Shown here: piece by piece, positions 1 to 12,423 of the stretch
Position numbering within the stretch: the first letter of the stretch is position 1
Layout of the letters: each line of letters begins with the position of its first letter
From: Azolla caroliniana
Taxonomy: Eukaryota > Plantae > Polypodiophyta
Assembly: GCA_043228905.1 (NCBI GenBank)
Contig: JBHGNT010000013.1
Span: 11,346,001 to 11,410,000, forward strand
Reading direction: 5' to 3'
DNA: 64,000 bases
Made by a program: the position numbers and the translations under genes
Notes under the pieces: generated by a model
The model's input: the letters and a program-made list of their open reading frames with translations, nothing else
Told to the model about the DNA's origin: nothing
Database searches by the model: none

Positions 1-3000
1 AAGATGGTAATTGACGTGGGGAAGCCAATTGTTGCAAGGGATGTGATGAAGGAAGGTGATGGAAGACATTCGGGTTAACATCCGGAGGAATTACTGGGTT
101 GCTACGTTGATCCAAGTGGGAAACTGGTGGCTGGTTCAAAAGTTCTTGCAGTAAATGATGCTGTTGTTGTGACTGATGTGGATGGGGAATACCAGATTGT
201 GAGAGCTCCAGTTGCTGGTGTAATTGAAGCTTCTCAAGCTGAAGAAGTTGACGCATGTGGAATTCATCTAAACCATGCGAGGAAGAGCTCTCTGTCTGCA
301 AAGGATCATGCCACACCCCGTCCTGCATCAATGTGACTGAAGAAGATTTGTTTGATGTGGGATGAAGTCCTGGCTGCCAAAACTTGGCTCGTGGTGTTTG
401 CAACCTTGGGGATGCATATCCATCTGACACTTCTGGGAATGCAGTGGCACTAGTCGGCCATTGTTGTGAAAAAAGAGATTGCTTTGATGATTCCATTTTG
501 TCTATCTCTATTTCAGGAAATGCAGACATCGTCCGCCGAATGTTGTCAACAAAAGCCTTTGCCGGCATTACGTCCATGCTCTGCTCGCCTGCCTCAAAAA
601 CTTTATCTAGTGTAGTATACAAAGATAAACTCTATTAGAGTCTAAAATCATTTCACATGGCAAATGGGAAAAGGATAATCCTTAAAAGCAAACCTGACCT
701 CTTATAGCATGAGTATGTCGAGATTTGGGATCAAGTACAGACTCAGAATGTATGGAAGTGACATCAAAAACTTTGTCTGCTGTAGTAGTACACATTAATA
801 AATTCTATTAGGGTAGGAACTTATTACACCAACCATAGAAAAAAAAGAATCCTAAATAGTGGAACTGACCTCCTCTAGTATGAGAATGTTGAAATTTGGG
901 ATCAATTACATCCTCAGAATGTATCAATGTGTGTTCATTACCTTCAATTTGTCTCATACGCTCTACCGATAGCTGTATGGTGGATTCTGGCAGAAAATTA
1001 GTCTCTACAATGGAATCCTCTTTTTCAGGCTTTCTAGCGGCCTCACTTTCCCAGGGCATTTGGGATTCTGTTTTCAAATGAGGCATTATGTTACCTAATG
1101 GAACAAATGGTGCATCTTCAGGGGCATCAGCAAGACGGACTGGAAGATCTGTACCAAAATAACCTAGTTCAAACCAACTGATAATATCAACCCCCATGAA
1201 AGGTCCTTGGATCACTCCTTGTGGATCGGTATAGTAGAAGGAGAGAACTTCTTGGTCAGTCAAGACTTGTTTTTCTTCTAAAAGCTCCTTTTTTTCCTGA
1301 TGATCCATGCTTCTTGGAAGTCTCAGGTCTTCCATGCATTGCACCTCTACATGTTCATCAAATTCCTCTGCCCTCCTACCAGTCATTACAGAGTTGCCAC
1401 ATTCCAGATTAACTGCTCCAGCAAAACCAGCAAAATGACTGGCCTCATTTTCACTGGTGCCAACATCTAGAGTATATGAACGCAAATGAGCCAGATCATT
1501 TGTGTTGTTTGTAATATCACCTGCATAATGGACACGATACAAATCAGTACAACCTCCAAAATTTTCACTCACAACAATGAGTTCACCTCACCCTCTTGCT
1601 GGATAACACGGTCAATCGGTTCAACTGCATTTGATGCACTACTGATCTCTGTTTGGCCTAGAACTTCTTGGGGAGTTTCATATTTGACAACTGTTGAAAT
1701 CGATAATCATAATATGAGCAAGAAAACTGGTATGGGAAGAATTCACTATAATAAGAAACTCTAACCTTCACCAAAATTCTGATTGAAATCTTGATGATTT
1801 CTTGCATCTTTAAGACCTGAGATAATAGCACCACTGCTTGCAATGTTACCTTTCCAAATCTCTTCTAGAGTAGCCTGCCAAAATAGGAAAAGAAAACACA
1901 AGTTGGAAGGTGGCAATAAGCATATATACATGTGACTGCAAGAATGAGCTCACATCTTCCTCCACATCAGGTGTGATAAAAGCTAAAGGCTTAACACATT
2001 CTGTCTGTGTGAGCTCTGCTGCTTCTGTGATATTCTCTGGAAATGTACTAAAAGAAAATTCATTGCTTCTTTTCCGATAAATGTCCAGAAGTTTTGCCCT
2101 AGGATATTGGTACCCTTGATGGACATCAAATTTCAAAACAGCACCGATTGGGAAACCCAATTTCATGCCAGAATCGGATGTAGTGCTTCTGCCTCTGCCT
2201 AATGTGAAACCAATATTAGAATTTTCACCTCGTCCTCTTCCTATACTGAATCCCGGAGCATGTTTTGGTGGAGTGGAGCTCAAAATGGGAATTTCTCCTT
2301 TCGCTCTTGAAGTAACAGAATGAGGGCGCCAAACTCTATCACGGGCAGATATATCCACCTCTCGATCGCCTTCATTGCGATTGTTATTCAAGGCTGCATA
2401 TGGTTTGTCACGATATTGTGCTCCATCCCCATCTTTCTCATTTTCAGACCGTTTCTCTCGCTTTATCTCCTTCTCTTTGTCTTCAGGGCCCCAACGAGCG
2501 CTCCATTTACTAACACGTCGGCCAGCATCTGAAGTAGTGTCCCTATTTGATGAGTTCGACCACCGCTCAACTTGAGGAACCCGTCTACCCTCACCCGAAT
2601 CTCTTATACTTAGAAGATTCTCATTCCATCGTTCAAGACGCCTTGAATCCTCTCCGCCTTCCTTCCATCTATCACGCTTTACAGCAATAGGAGTGCTCTC
2701 TCTCTCCTCTTCCCTCCATGCATCTCGACGATTATTACCATCACCATCTGAAGCTGTCGCTGTACGCCACCAGTCTTTCTTTTTGTCAAGGTCACGGTTT
2801 CCTTCTACCTTTCTCCTCTCTTTAACAGCAAAATCTATTGTTCCTCCCTGACCCCCAAGAGTTCGTGGAGATTCCTGCATTATTTAAAATTTAAGACAAG
2901 AACTACATAATCTTTGACAGAAGCTCTGATTATGACAAGCATATCGCTAACCATTGACAATGGTGGAGGCTTGCTGTCACCAGACTTAGAAATCAGCCAT

Positions 3001-5041
3001 TGTGGAGACAGAGGGATAGTGTTATCTGAGGCCATAAAATCTACAATAGTATAAAATAAAGTTACGTTAATAATGTTGCAATTATGTGAAGAATTATAGA
3101 GATTTTTATGATAAACATGAGTATGATCGACAATCTTTGAACACCTTTATGCTCTGCAACTGCATCACCAGATCTAACAGCTAGCTTTGTCGCTCCAGTC
3201 AGATTCTCTCCTTCACCTACAAGGTAAATCAAATACTGCATTAGATAGCAAGTAGAACACTAAAAGCAAAATATCTACATTACAATGGGATAAATTGGGG
3301 TAAATTTCGCTCATCATCATATATTAAACTCGACTAAACACATACATACATGTGTATATATTGGAACTGAATGCGAAAATTCTGGGTTTCCAAAATTGCA
3401 TTGGCAAGTTTAAATAATATGGTTATATCATAACTTATTATTAAAAAGATAGTTTTATCACAATTCCTTGCACTGCTCATGAATTATTTTCCATTTCTGT
3501 TAAGATATTCCCCCTCCTTACAAGACATAAAATCCTTATGAACATTCAATAACAAGAAATGAACATAAATTCTTCTTCATGAATCACCCTTGATATTGGA
3601 AAGATGCTCCTATCATTGGCATTGCTCATGTGAGAAAACCCACTCTCCACAATAAATTACATAAATTCTCAGAAATATTTTGTAGACAAAAAACCACGCA
3701 CATTCTTCTTGGCCCTCTTATCTATTGATTCGTGAAAATTAATCACGAAAAGTTGGTTCTATCACGCTTACTGATCATTTCAGCTTTATATTGATACATT
3801 CATTAATATGGCATGAAGAGAATGCAGGTACATTCTTTTCAAAAATATCATAAGAGTTTAATATGACGGGGGCAAAATCACTCTTCATGAATAATATTCA
3901 GGCCGTAGAATCCTTTATGATAACATACTAACTTTTGCCTCCTTACAAATCCTATGAAACCTCATAAATATGTCATGAACAAGAAAGCACATACATTCTT
4001 CTTTCTTGAAACTGACAAAGGGACAATCACCATTCATGGATAATATTCAGGTTTTTGTTGGGATTTTCCCCTACAACTCATAGAATCCTCATAATTATTC
4101 AGTAGGAAGACATTGTGAACATGCATTTTGATGAATTGCTCTAAAATATGAAAGATACAACCCTGCAGAAATTATTGTTAAAAGATTGTTCTATCACTCT
4201 GCCCCATCCATAAGCACAATCTTGAATCATTCTCAGTTATTCTAAGATATTCTCCTTCTCTACAAATCAGTAGAGTAGAGAAATGTGCTAGTGTAGTTCA
4301 TGACCTAGAATTATATAAATCACTCTGAATTTATGCTAATAAGTTATCCTTCTCCACACAAGTTCCTTGACTTCGTAACCACTAAATTTACATTGTTTAA
4401 CAATTTTGAGTACGTGTATAGATTGAGCACTCACATCCAAATTTGCATTTGGATGAACTACAAAAGTATACAGCATGTTCAGTTAATTAAATTCATTAGA
4501 AACGTCAAATCATTTTGAACTTTTTGGTAAGGTTTGCATGTCTTCCAAACTTACCCAAAACCTTTCAGTTAGCATTTAGTTCATTTCTGACTTTTAACTT
4601 TGGAAACACATCGGGACTGATCTTGAGTAGTCACATCTTACATTTATAGTGCATTCAAGCATTGCTCATAATTATCCTTTTTTTAGCTACTTGGCTTCAT
4701 TGTATGTATCACTTTCAAAATTCATTCTGACATCTAATACACTCTGATTTCATATCGAAATGGATAACAGAAACATAGATCCCAATCTTATGGTGCATAG
4801 CAGAAATCACAAATTTTTAGTTTCCTTTCCCTTCTTTCTTTTCTCTAACTGAGTCAAAAAATCATACCAAATCACAAACCTTTCTGACAGGTAAAAAGAC
4901 GGCTGTTAGGAAGTAAATAAATGTTGCTGTAAAGGAAATACCATGGATTTTCAATAGCTCTGGAACGATGCAAGAGGAGACATTATAGTCTCCATTGCTG
5001 GCATCTCCACCTCCGCCATGGACGAATTTCGACTCCTCCAT
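1..5041 (-). CDS. EXA1: GYF-domain protein, EXA1/GIGYF-like; 3' end runs off the window. Predicted coding exons: 5041-4942, 3216-3145, 3040-2952, 2874-1954, 1874-1766, 1690-1592, 1520-870, 779-699, 606-<1
   Basis: All introns are GT-AG with consistent phases. Translation gives SDNTIPLSPQWL, an R/D/W-rich region (RRDAWREEERE, RDRWKEG), YQYPRAKLLDIYR, PLAFITPDVEE..ATLEEIWKGNIASSG and a GYF domain, as in Arabidopsis EXA1. The first two coding exons are inferred from splice phase only. Confidence 0.85.
1085..1245 (-). other. GYF domain coding segment
   Basis: FYYTDPQGVIQGPFMGVDIISWFELGYFGTDLPVRLADAPEDAPFVPLGNIMPHL in ORF 808..1572. Confidence 0.9.
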
Positions 5042-5281
5042 TGATAGAAAAGAAACCAACTGATTGTTTTGCAACTTATGCGGAGACGTCCGAAACGAGC
5101 ACGAAGCAAAAACAAAACGCAACAAAAGGAAAGCGGTATCTGCGTATGCAATGTAAAAAGAGGAAAGGGAAGAATTAGCATGAAGAGCAGACACAGAGAA
5201 AGCAACATAAGGAAACGTACTCCGCGTATGCAATGTAAAACAGGGGGAGAGAGAGGCAAGCAGAGACGCGAAGGAGAGTAC

Positions 5282-5575
5282 CTGTGGTGAGAAGCAGATC
5301 GTGGCGACGCAGAACCCTCGCTCTCAGTATGTATTTCTCTCTATTCGCCTCGCTCTCTCTCTATATCTATCTATCTATCTATCTCTATCTCTCTCTGTGT
5401 CTCTGTGTGTGTTCGTCTCTTTCTCAATCTCTCTTCGTGGCGATGGCGGCTCGACTCTCCTCTTCTATTTCCTGTGTTGTGTCTGTGTGCGCGTTTCTTT
5501 TCCTTGTGATCGGACCAGGAGAGGAGAAACGAAGGCAGTGACCGGTCATCGCCGGTCATCCCTAAATAGGCAGCC
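5282..5575 (-). promoter_or_regulatory. Putative 5'UTR exon and core promoter of the GYF gene, with GA/CT-rich tract
   Basis: Splice donor CAG|GTACT at 5281 on the minus strand; (CT)n/(CTAT)n tract ~5335-5400; TATA-like CCTATTTAG on the minus strand near 5562-5570. Confidence 0.4.
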
Positions 5576-6121
5576 AATGAAAAACTTGAAGAGATCGGGA
5601 CCCATCACCATTCGGTTCCATTCGGTTCGTCTTGAGCCGTCCATCCCAGAGCTCCTCAATACTCAGACGCCACTTGCCTGCATCATTTCTACTCTATTGG
5701 TTTCCTTGGAGTTACACGAGACTCAATGTGCCCTACATCTCGTCAACCTTACCCCCTAAACTCAGTTTTAAGACTCGTGCTTCTTATCAAAACCACATGG
5801 TACCTCCATCCTGAAATCAGAAGCTTGATTCGATCTTCTTGATTATTTGGTTTGGTTTGTAAATCACCTACCGACACTAAATTCATTGAAGATTCTTAGG
5901 TAGTTTTACCTAGTACTTTATTTTGTTGACTAAACATGGTTGTGTGATGTGTTGCTTAGGATTTTCTTAATTTTGTAATAAAGAGGGTAGGGTCCCTACC
6001 TCACTCTCTCCTATTTAACACCCCTCCTTCCTCTTCCCTTTAATTACTAAGGGTACTCTACCATTGAGATACAATGGCCTAATCGCATCACATGTAAAAA
6101 TGCTTATGCTTTACATAGATG

Positions 6122-6542
6122 CTTGTTTTGAAGTGCCCTCTTTCCTTTCGGCAACTCCGTCAACTCATACTTGTGGTTCTCATGCAGGGAATCCGTCTCG
6201 TCCTGCATGACACTTAATCACTCTCTGTTGTGGGTGTCCCTCTTCGCTTCCTCGAAGCTCTCTGGCTCCCCCTCATCGGTAAGTAGCACGTACTCCCTAT
6301 CCGGAAATCTCTGAGGGTATTTCCTTCCTCTGCTTTCCTCAGTTGGCTCACTAGGTCCTTCCTCTTCTCCTTCGGCTGGTTCGTCGTCCGATTCAGAGTC
6401 AATTGTTTCTTCTTCCTCTTCAGAGCCGACCGGAAGCCGTCCGATCAATCCGGATCCGGATCTGACTCCATGTCCTTATCTGGTCAGCTTGACTTGTTCT
6501 TCAATCAATATTCGACTTCCGCCTGACCGGGAGGATGCACAT
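6122..6542 (-). pseudogene. Old Ty1/copia element 'H', fragment 1 (INT-RT linker, truncated)
   Basis: RKYPQRFPDREYVLLTDEGEPESFEEAK and TELPKGKRALQNK; homologous to the young copia at 29795-35191. Confidence 0.8.
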
Positions 6543-7876
6543 AGTTAGTCGGTCGGGTAGCCGAATTATACTAGTCGAAGTCGGAGTCGGAAGGGTGAAG
6601 ATAGTGTAACTGAGAGAGTAATTTTTGCCAAGTAGGAAATAGAATATTTAAGAAAATAGACCAATTAGTGTAATTGTAGGTTCTTGTTGAATAAGAAATT
6701 GTATTATCTTGGAAAAGTCTCTTAGGTCGCCTATAAAAAAGAGGCCAAATGAAAGAAAATGATTGGTTGTTCGAAGTTGGAATTTCTGCATGTTGAAGGA
6801 AACATTGTATCATAAGGGAGCAAATGTAATCTGGCAGTAGTGGTGGGCTTGAGCGACGAAATTGCAATTACTAAGGGCCAACCAGGAAAAAGCAAGGCCA
6901 AGGATTCTTTAAAATGGATGCAGCAAGCATAACCACAGTAGACGGCGAGTTGGCGGCTGACATCTATGACCTCACAATGCGTCACAAGGAAGAAATCAAC
7001 AAGTTGCTGGAGGAATATGATGACTAGCAAATAACACATGCGCTAAAGCTCAACGCCTACGAAAGGGAACGCCATCGGTAGGAAGGTGAACAGGAGGACA
7101 ACAAAGATAAAGAATCAGCCGAGAAGGGGTTTGGTCAAACAGTACGTATCAGTGAGTCACATCAAGGGGTACAAACAGAGCAAGAAGGCCCAGAACTGGA
7201 AGAGGCAGAGTCGATTCTAAGGATGGAGCAAGCGCATCACATAGAAGATCAACCAACTTCAAATGACATTGAAGATCAAGAGGACGAAGAACCTACTTTG
7301 TTGGACATATTGAACGAAGATGATGATGTGGAAGAAGTTGAGGAAGACGACCCGAACGACGATGAGCAAGATGTTGAAAATGTGGACAAAGACGACCAAG
7401 ACTGAGTGTGGGGTTTGACCGTGCAAGGCACTGTCCCATGGGCGTGCCATGTGTTAGCCGGTCGACTAGCCGAATTATACTAATTGGAGTTAGAGTCCGA
7501 AGGGTGAAGATAGTGTAATTGAAAGAGTAATTTTTGCCAAGTAGGAAATAGAATATTTAAGAAAATAGAACAATTAGTGTAACTGTAGGTTCTTACTGAA
7601 CATGCAAGTGTATTATCTTGGAAAAGTCTCTCGGGTCACCTATAAAAAAGGGGCCGAAAGCATTGTATCATCGTCAGTCTATTTTTAGTTATATTAATAT
7701 AATTTTGGTAGTTACAGTACTTGTTGTGTCGTATGCTCTATTCAATTCCTTTGTTATGCTCATTATATATATAACTATCAGGCGATCGAGTTCGTATTTC
7801 ATATTTATATTAATTAAGTTTTGAGTAATTAATCTGTGTGATGTTCTGAGTAAGCAATTATCATAGTCAGCAAACA
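6543..7876 (+). mobile_element. Small deleted LTR element: partial repeat 6543-6748, full repeat 7452-7876, decayed acidic ORF between
   Basis: ~200-bp diverged direct repeat (gttag..ccgaattatacta..agggtgaagatagtgtaa..cctataaaaaag); second copy has TG..CA ends; no clear TSD. Confidence 0.55.
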
Positions 7877-8702
7877 TTCCATCTCCAACCACAATCTTCT
7901 TGATAGGACAACTTAGGGATTAAGACATCTGACCCTTGTGTCAGTCGACAAAGACAACACACTCGTCTTCTCCTTCTCCCAATCAACAATAGTCTTCTCC
8001 TCTGGATCATTTTCTTCTTGGCTAAGTCCCATAGCCAGTAGCCGAACTCATCGTTGTAGTATCCCAGGAATATGCATGGCCAAGTCTTTAGGTTCAATTT
8101 GCCCCTCTGGTCCTTCGCTACATGCACATAGGCAAGACAACCGAACACCCTTAGATGCCGGTCCGACACGTCTTTGCCGGTCCACACCCTTTGTGGAATA
8201 TCTCCATCCAAGGGTAATGAGGGTAATATGTTTATCACATAAACATCTGTCATCAACGCCTCAGCCCATAAGGTCTTTGATAGCTTTGCATGTGCAAGCA
8301 GGCTATGGACCCTCTCCATGACAATCTGGTTCACTCTTTCGGCTAGCCCATTAAGCTCTGGCGTCTTCGGCACGGTGTATTCGAGTCGGATTCCCTTCAA
8401 CTAACAGTACTCCTTGAACTGCACTTAGTATTCCCCTCCGTTGTCTACTCGAACCACTTTTACTTCCGACCAATTTCTCTTTTAGCTCTTGCCTAGAACT
8501 CCTTGAAGACGGATAACACATGGTCCTTCCTCTTCAGAACGGGAGCCCACAACTTCCTGACAGTCATCTATGAAGGTCACAAAATATTGTGAGCCGGCAT
8601 GTGACTTAGTGTCCACATAACATCCATCTATATGCACGAATTCCAACGACATCTTCTTCCTCATTGGGGGCCTGGATCGGAAAGAGGTTCTATTCTGGTT
8701 GT
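7877..8702 (-). pseudogene. Copia H fragment 2 (integrase core, decayed)
   Basis: GIRLEYTVPKTPELNGLAER..HLRVFGCLAYVHVAKDQRGKL; QYFVTFIDD. Confidence 0.85.
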
Positions 8703-8936
8703 TGTTACCGTACGAGACGTACGTGTGATGGATAAGTGTGATAAGTGAGGGTGAAAGATGTAATGTGTTGATATGTATGTGTAATCTTATATGATTATGA
8801 GTGTGAGTGTGGTGGATACAAAGAGGTGTGAGTGAGTGACTAGGTGTGAATGCCCAAGGGGCTTACACCCTTGTGGATCTACCCCTTTGTACCTATTTAA
8901 CCCCTTATGGGGAATGAATGAATGGAACAATATAAC

Positions 8937-8973
<37 letters not shown>

Positions 8974-9049
8974 CTTACGTTGAACCCCCTTGGGAGGGGG
9001 GTGGAGCCATTCTAAGCACCACCCCCCTCCCAAGGGGGTTCAACATAAG

Positions 9050-9094
<45 letters not shown>

Positions 9095-9330
9095 TGGTTA
9101 TATTGTTCCATTCATTCATTCCCCATAAGGGGTTAAATAGGTACAAAGGGGTAGATCCACAAGGGTGTAAGCCCCTTGGGCATTCACACCTAGTCACTCA
9201 CTCACACCTCTTTGTATCCACCACACTCACACTCATAATCATATAAGATTACACATACATATCAACACATTACATCTTTCACCCTCACTTATCACACTTA
9301 TCCATCACACGTACGTCTCGTACAGTAACA
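8703..9330. repeat. 628-bp palindromic (foldback) insertion with TG..CA ends
   Basis: 8703-9004 is the near-perfect reverse complement of 9019-9330, with a 14-nt loop; degenerate 5-bp TSD gttgt/attgc inside copia H. Confidence 0.9.
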
Positions 9331-9427
9331 ATTGCTGACCAAGCAATCAGTGCACTTCTCAAGTTGCACATTCTTCACCTACAAAATGAGGTTATCCTTA
9401 GCAAGCTTCTGCATCCCCTTCTCACGT
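9331..9427 (-). pseudogene. Copia H fragment 3 (integrase zinc-binding region)
   Basis: EKGMQKLAKDNL..VQLEKCTDCL. Confidence 0.75.
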
Positions 9428-10215
9428 TGTCGTGAGGATTCACGACCACAATGTGAAAACCGGGGAAATGGTGATATCGGCGGAGTGCACCGCATGCACT
9501 CCCTCTTGTAAAGATTGTACAAAGATAGTGGGTGCCTTTAAGGCGCCGAATAGGAATGATTGCCGGGCAGGATATCCCCCGATGTGGGGGGTGATATTTA
9601 TCCCACATTGTAACGACCTTCCCTCCTTGGACTATAAAAGGAGGGAGGGGTCTTGTTGAGAATCAAGCTCAACTTGGTCTAGTGTGTGAACTCACCTTGA
9701 GAGTGAATAGACACTCCAACGGTCAAGAGTCCCCATTAAGTCACCACTTTGTATTCTAGCATTTAGTATGAGTCATAGAATCATATTCTATGACACATAA
9801 CTTATGAGCTTTCACATTCCCCATGCTCCATGAGTCGTGTAGTTAATGAAGAGAGAGGATGACTATATAAAGCACCCTCCTCCCTCTTTGTATAATGTTG
9901 AGTCTTTCTCCTTTGTTAATACAATCTACCTTGCGTATACTCTGTGTCTTACTTCTCACTCACTCACACACACACACACTCTCTCTCTCTCTCTCTCTCA
10001 TACACACACATTTCACACCTATTCCGTTACACAAGAATCATACCTGATTCTTTACATGGTATCAAAGTGATTTGGTAGCTCGATTTAGCCCATTCGCCTT
10101 ATCGTGATCGTGTGTTGTGCTCCACGCCGACGACCAAGAACCCACTCATCGCTATTGTAGCTTCGCTACATAGCTCGCATTCGAAGAGAGAAGAAGAAAA
10201 AGAAGAATCGACATA

Positions 10216-12423
10216 ATGAATACTCAAATGGGGAGCGCTCTCCCTACCGAGAAGTTGGATCGAAACAACTTCGCATCTTGGGAGTACAAGATGCACCAAT
10301 ACCTTGTTGGACAAGGCTATTGGAGCTACATCAAAGGAGCGCATGAAGACCAACCCACCGAAGCGGCTCCCAGATACGTGACATGGGAGCAAGCCACAAG
10401 CCACGTGATGTATTGCTTGGTTACATGTGTTCACGATCACATGCTCGGCTACATTCGCGAAGCCAAGACACCGAAGGAGGCATGGGAAAATCTACGAAAG
10501 ATTTTCGCGACGAACACAACCGCAAGAAGGCTTCAACTCCGCCAAGAGTTGAACAACATTCAACAAAGGGACATGTCCATTACGACATACACCTCGAAGA
10601 TCAAGGAGCTTTGTGATTCGCTCGGCTCAATAAGCGTAAATATTGATGATGATGAGATGGTTCAAATATGCCTCAACGGCCTCACACCACGGTTCGGCGC
10701 GATGCAAACCGCCGTTCTAGCACGGGAGAAATCTCCCTCCTTCTTCGAGCTCCAATCAATGCTATTGGTCGAAGAAAACCATGTGCATACAAGGAGCAAT
10801 GAGTCGGAAGGCCACATGCTCTACACGCACTCGAACGGAGGAAGAGGACGCGGATGGTCGAGAGGCCGATTCGGCCAAGGACAAGGCAGACGAGGTCCGA
10901 CCTACGATAACAACTCTCAATTTCGGCCGCAAAACGAAAGCCAACGAGGAACCTTCACAAAAAGGGGGAGCTTCCACTCCGACCTGAGCCGTTAAAACGC
11001 AACCGAATGCGGATATTGTGGAAAGCTCGGCCACCACGAAGGAGAGTGCCGAAAGAAGATGCGTGAATCGGCTTCCACAAGCCGACAACTCACGAATTAC
11101 GCACACAACTCCGATTACGAAGAGTATAGCGGAATGTACGGGCACAACTCCGACTACGAAGATCATGGCGGAATGTTCATGATGAAACATAGAGCAAACT
11201 CTATGTCAGACTCTACCTCAACTAGTGCCCTCAATCCGGAGGACGTATGGTTTGTTGACTCCGGAGCCTCAAACCATATGACATCCTAGAAAGAATGGTT
11301 TCTCGAACTTCGAGAGTTGGAGCGAGCCGGTTATGTCGAAACCGGAGATGACACTACGCACCCGATTCGGCACATCCGCAATGTTCTGTTCGGCGAAAGA
11401 GGTAAGCAAACATACATTAAAAATGTCTTGCATGTTCCCACCATCACGAAGAATTTGGTCTTGGTCGGCCAAATGGTTGAGCAAGGGATGCAAGTACGAT
11501 TTGACCAAGAAGGGCGCTTCATCGAAAAAGAAGGCCGAATCATCGCATGCGGAAGAAGAGAGGGCCGGATGTTCATTCTCGATTCATGCGAGATGAAATC
11601 CGCCATGTTCGCGAAAAGCACGAAAGCCGACTCTGACATAGAGCTATGGCACAAGCGAATTGGCCACATCAATCTCAACAAACTCAAAGTAATGAAATCG
11701 AAAGGAGTCGTCATCGGACTCCCGACATTCAAAGAGAAGGAGATTGAAGGTGTATGCGAAGCGTGCCAATTCGGCAAGCAACACCGACACCCATTCCCGA
11801 AAGAGAGGAACGTGAGCAAAGGTCTACCTGACGTAGTCCATTCCGACGTATGGGGACCGGCGCAGACGGCTACATTCGGCGGATGCCGATATTACGTGCT
11901 CTTCATCGACGACTTCTCCAGGCACACTTGGATCTACCAGATGCGGCAAAAGAGCGAAGTGTTCGGACACTTCCAAACATTCAAGAATGAAGTCGAGAAA
12001 GCCACGGGCCGACATGTACGTTGTCTTCGATCGGATGGCGGCAAGGAGTACTTTTCGGACAATTCCATGGCGTATCTCCGAAAGGAAGGAATTCGACGAG
12101 AATTCACTTGCCGACACACTCCGCAACAAAACGGCGTAGCTGAGCGCAAAAATCGGCACATCCTCGAAGTAGCGCGGGCAATGATGAATGAGAAGCATAT
12201 GCCCAAGTCTTATTGGGCCGAAGTTGCAAATACGGCCGTCTACCTAATGAACCGGTGCACAACATCCGGCGTGCACGAGGTCACTCCGCACGAAAGATTC
12301 TTCGGAAAGAAGTCAAACCTATCACATGTTCGGATATTCGGCTCCATTGCGTACGTGCACATCCCTGACGAGAAGCATCAAAAGTTCGACCCGAAGTCGG
12401 AGAAATGTATCCTCGTAGGATAC
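10216..12423 (+). pseudogene. Copia A gag-protease-integrase, disrupted
   Basis: ORFs 10216..10995, 11059..11289 and 11317..12468 are separated by in-frame stops. Confidence 0.85.

Noticed and set aside
3400-4270. Weak recurring motifs in the long intron (ttctatcac, ataatattcagg)
   Set aside because: Too degenerate to define a unit or element by eye
4862-5759. Short ORFs around the gene 5' end as separate genes
   Set aside because: Mostly translations of microsatellite and UTR sequence; only 5041-4942 fits as an exon of the GYF gene
5640-6120. Possible coding or transposon relic upstream of the gene
   Set aside because: No recognisable motif or boundaries
9428-10056. A single 629-bp 5' LTR for copia A
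   Set aside because: The TSD ggtct shows the copia LTR starts at 9654; 9428-9653 belongs to a different, split solo LTR
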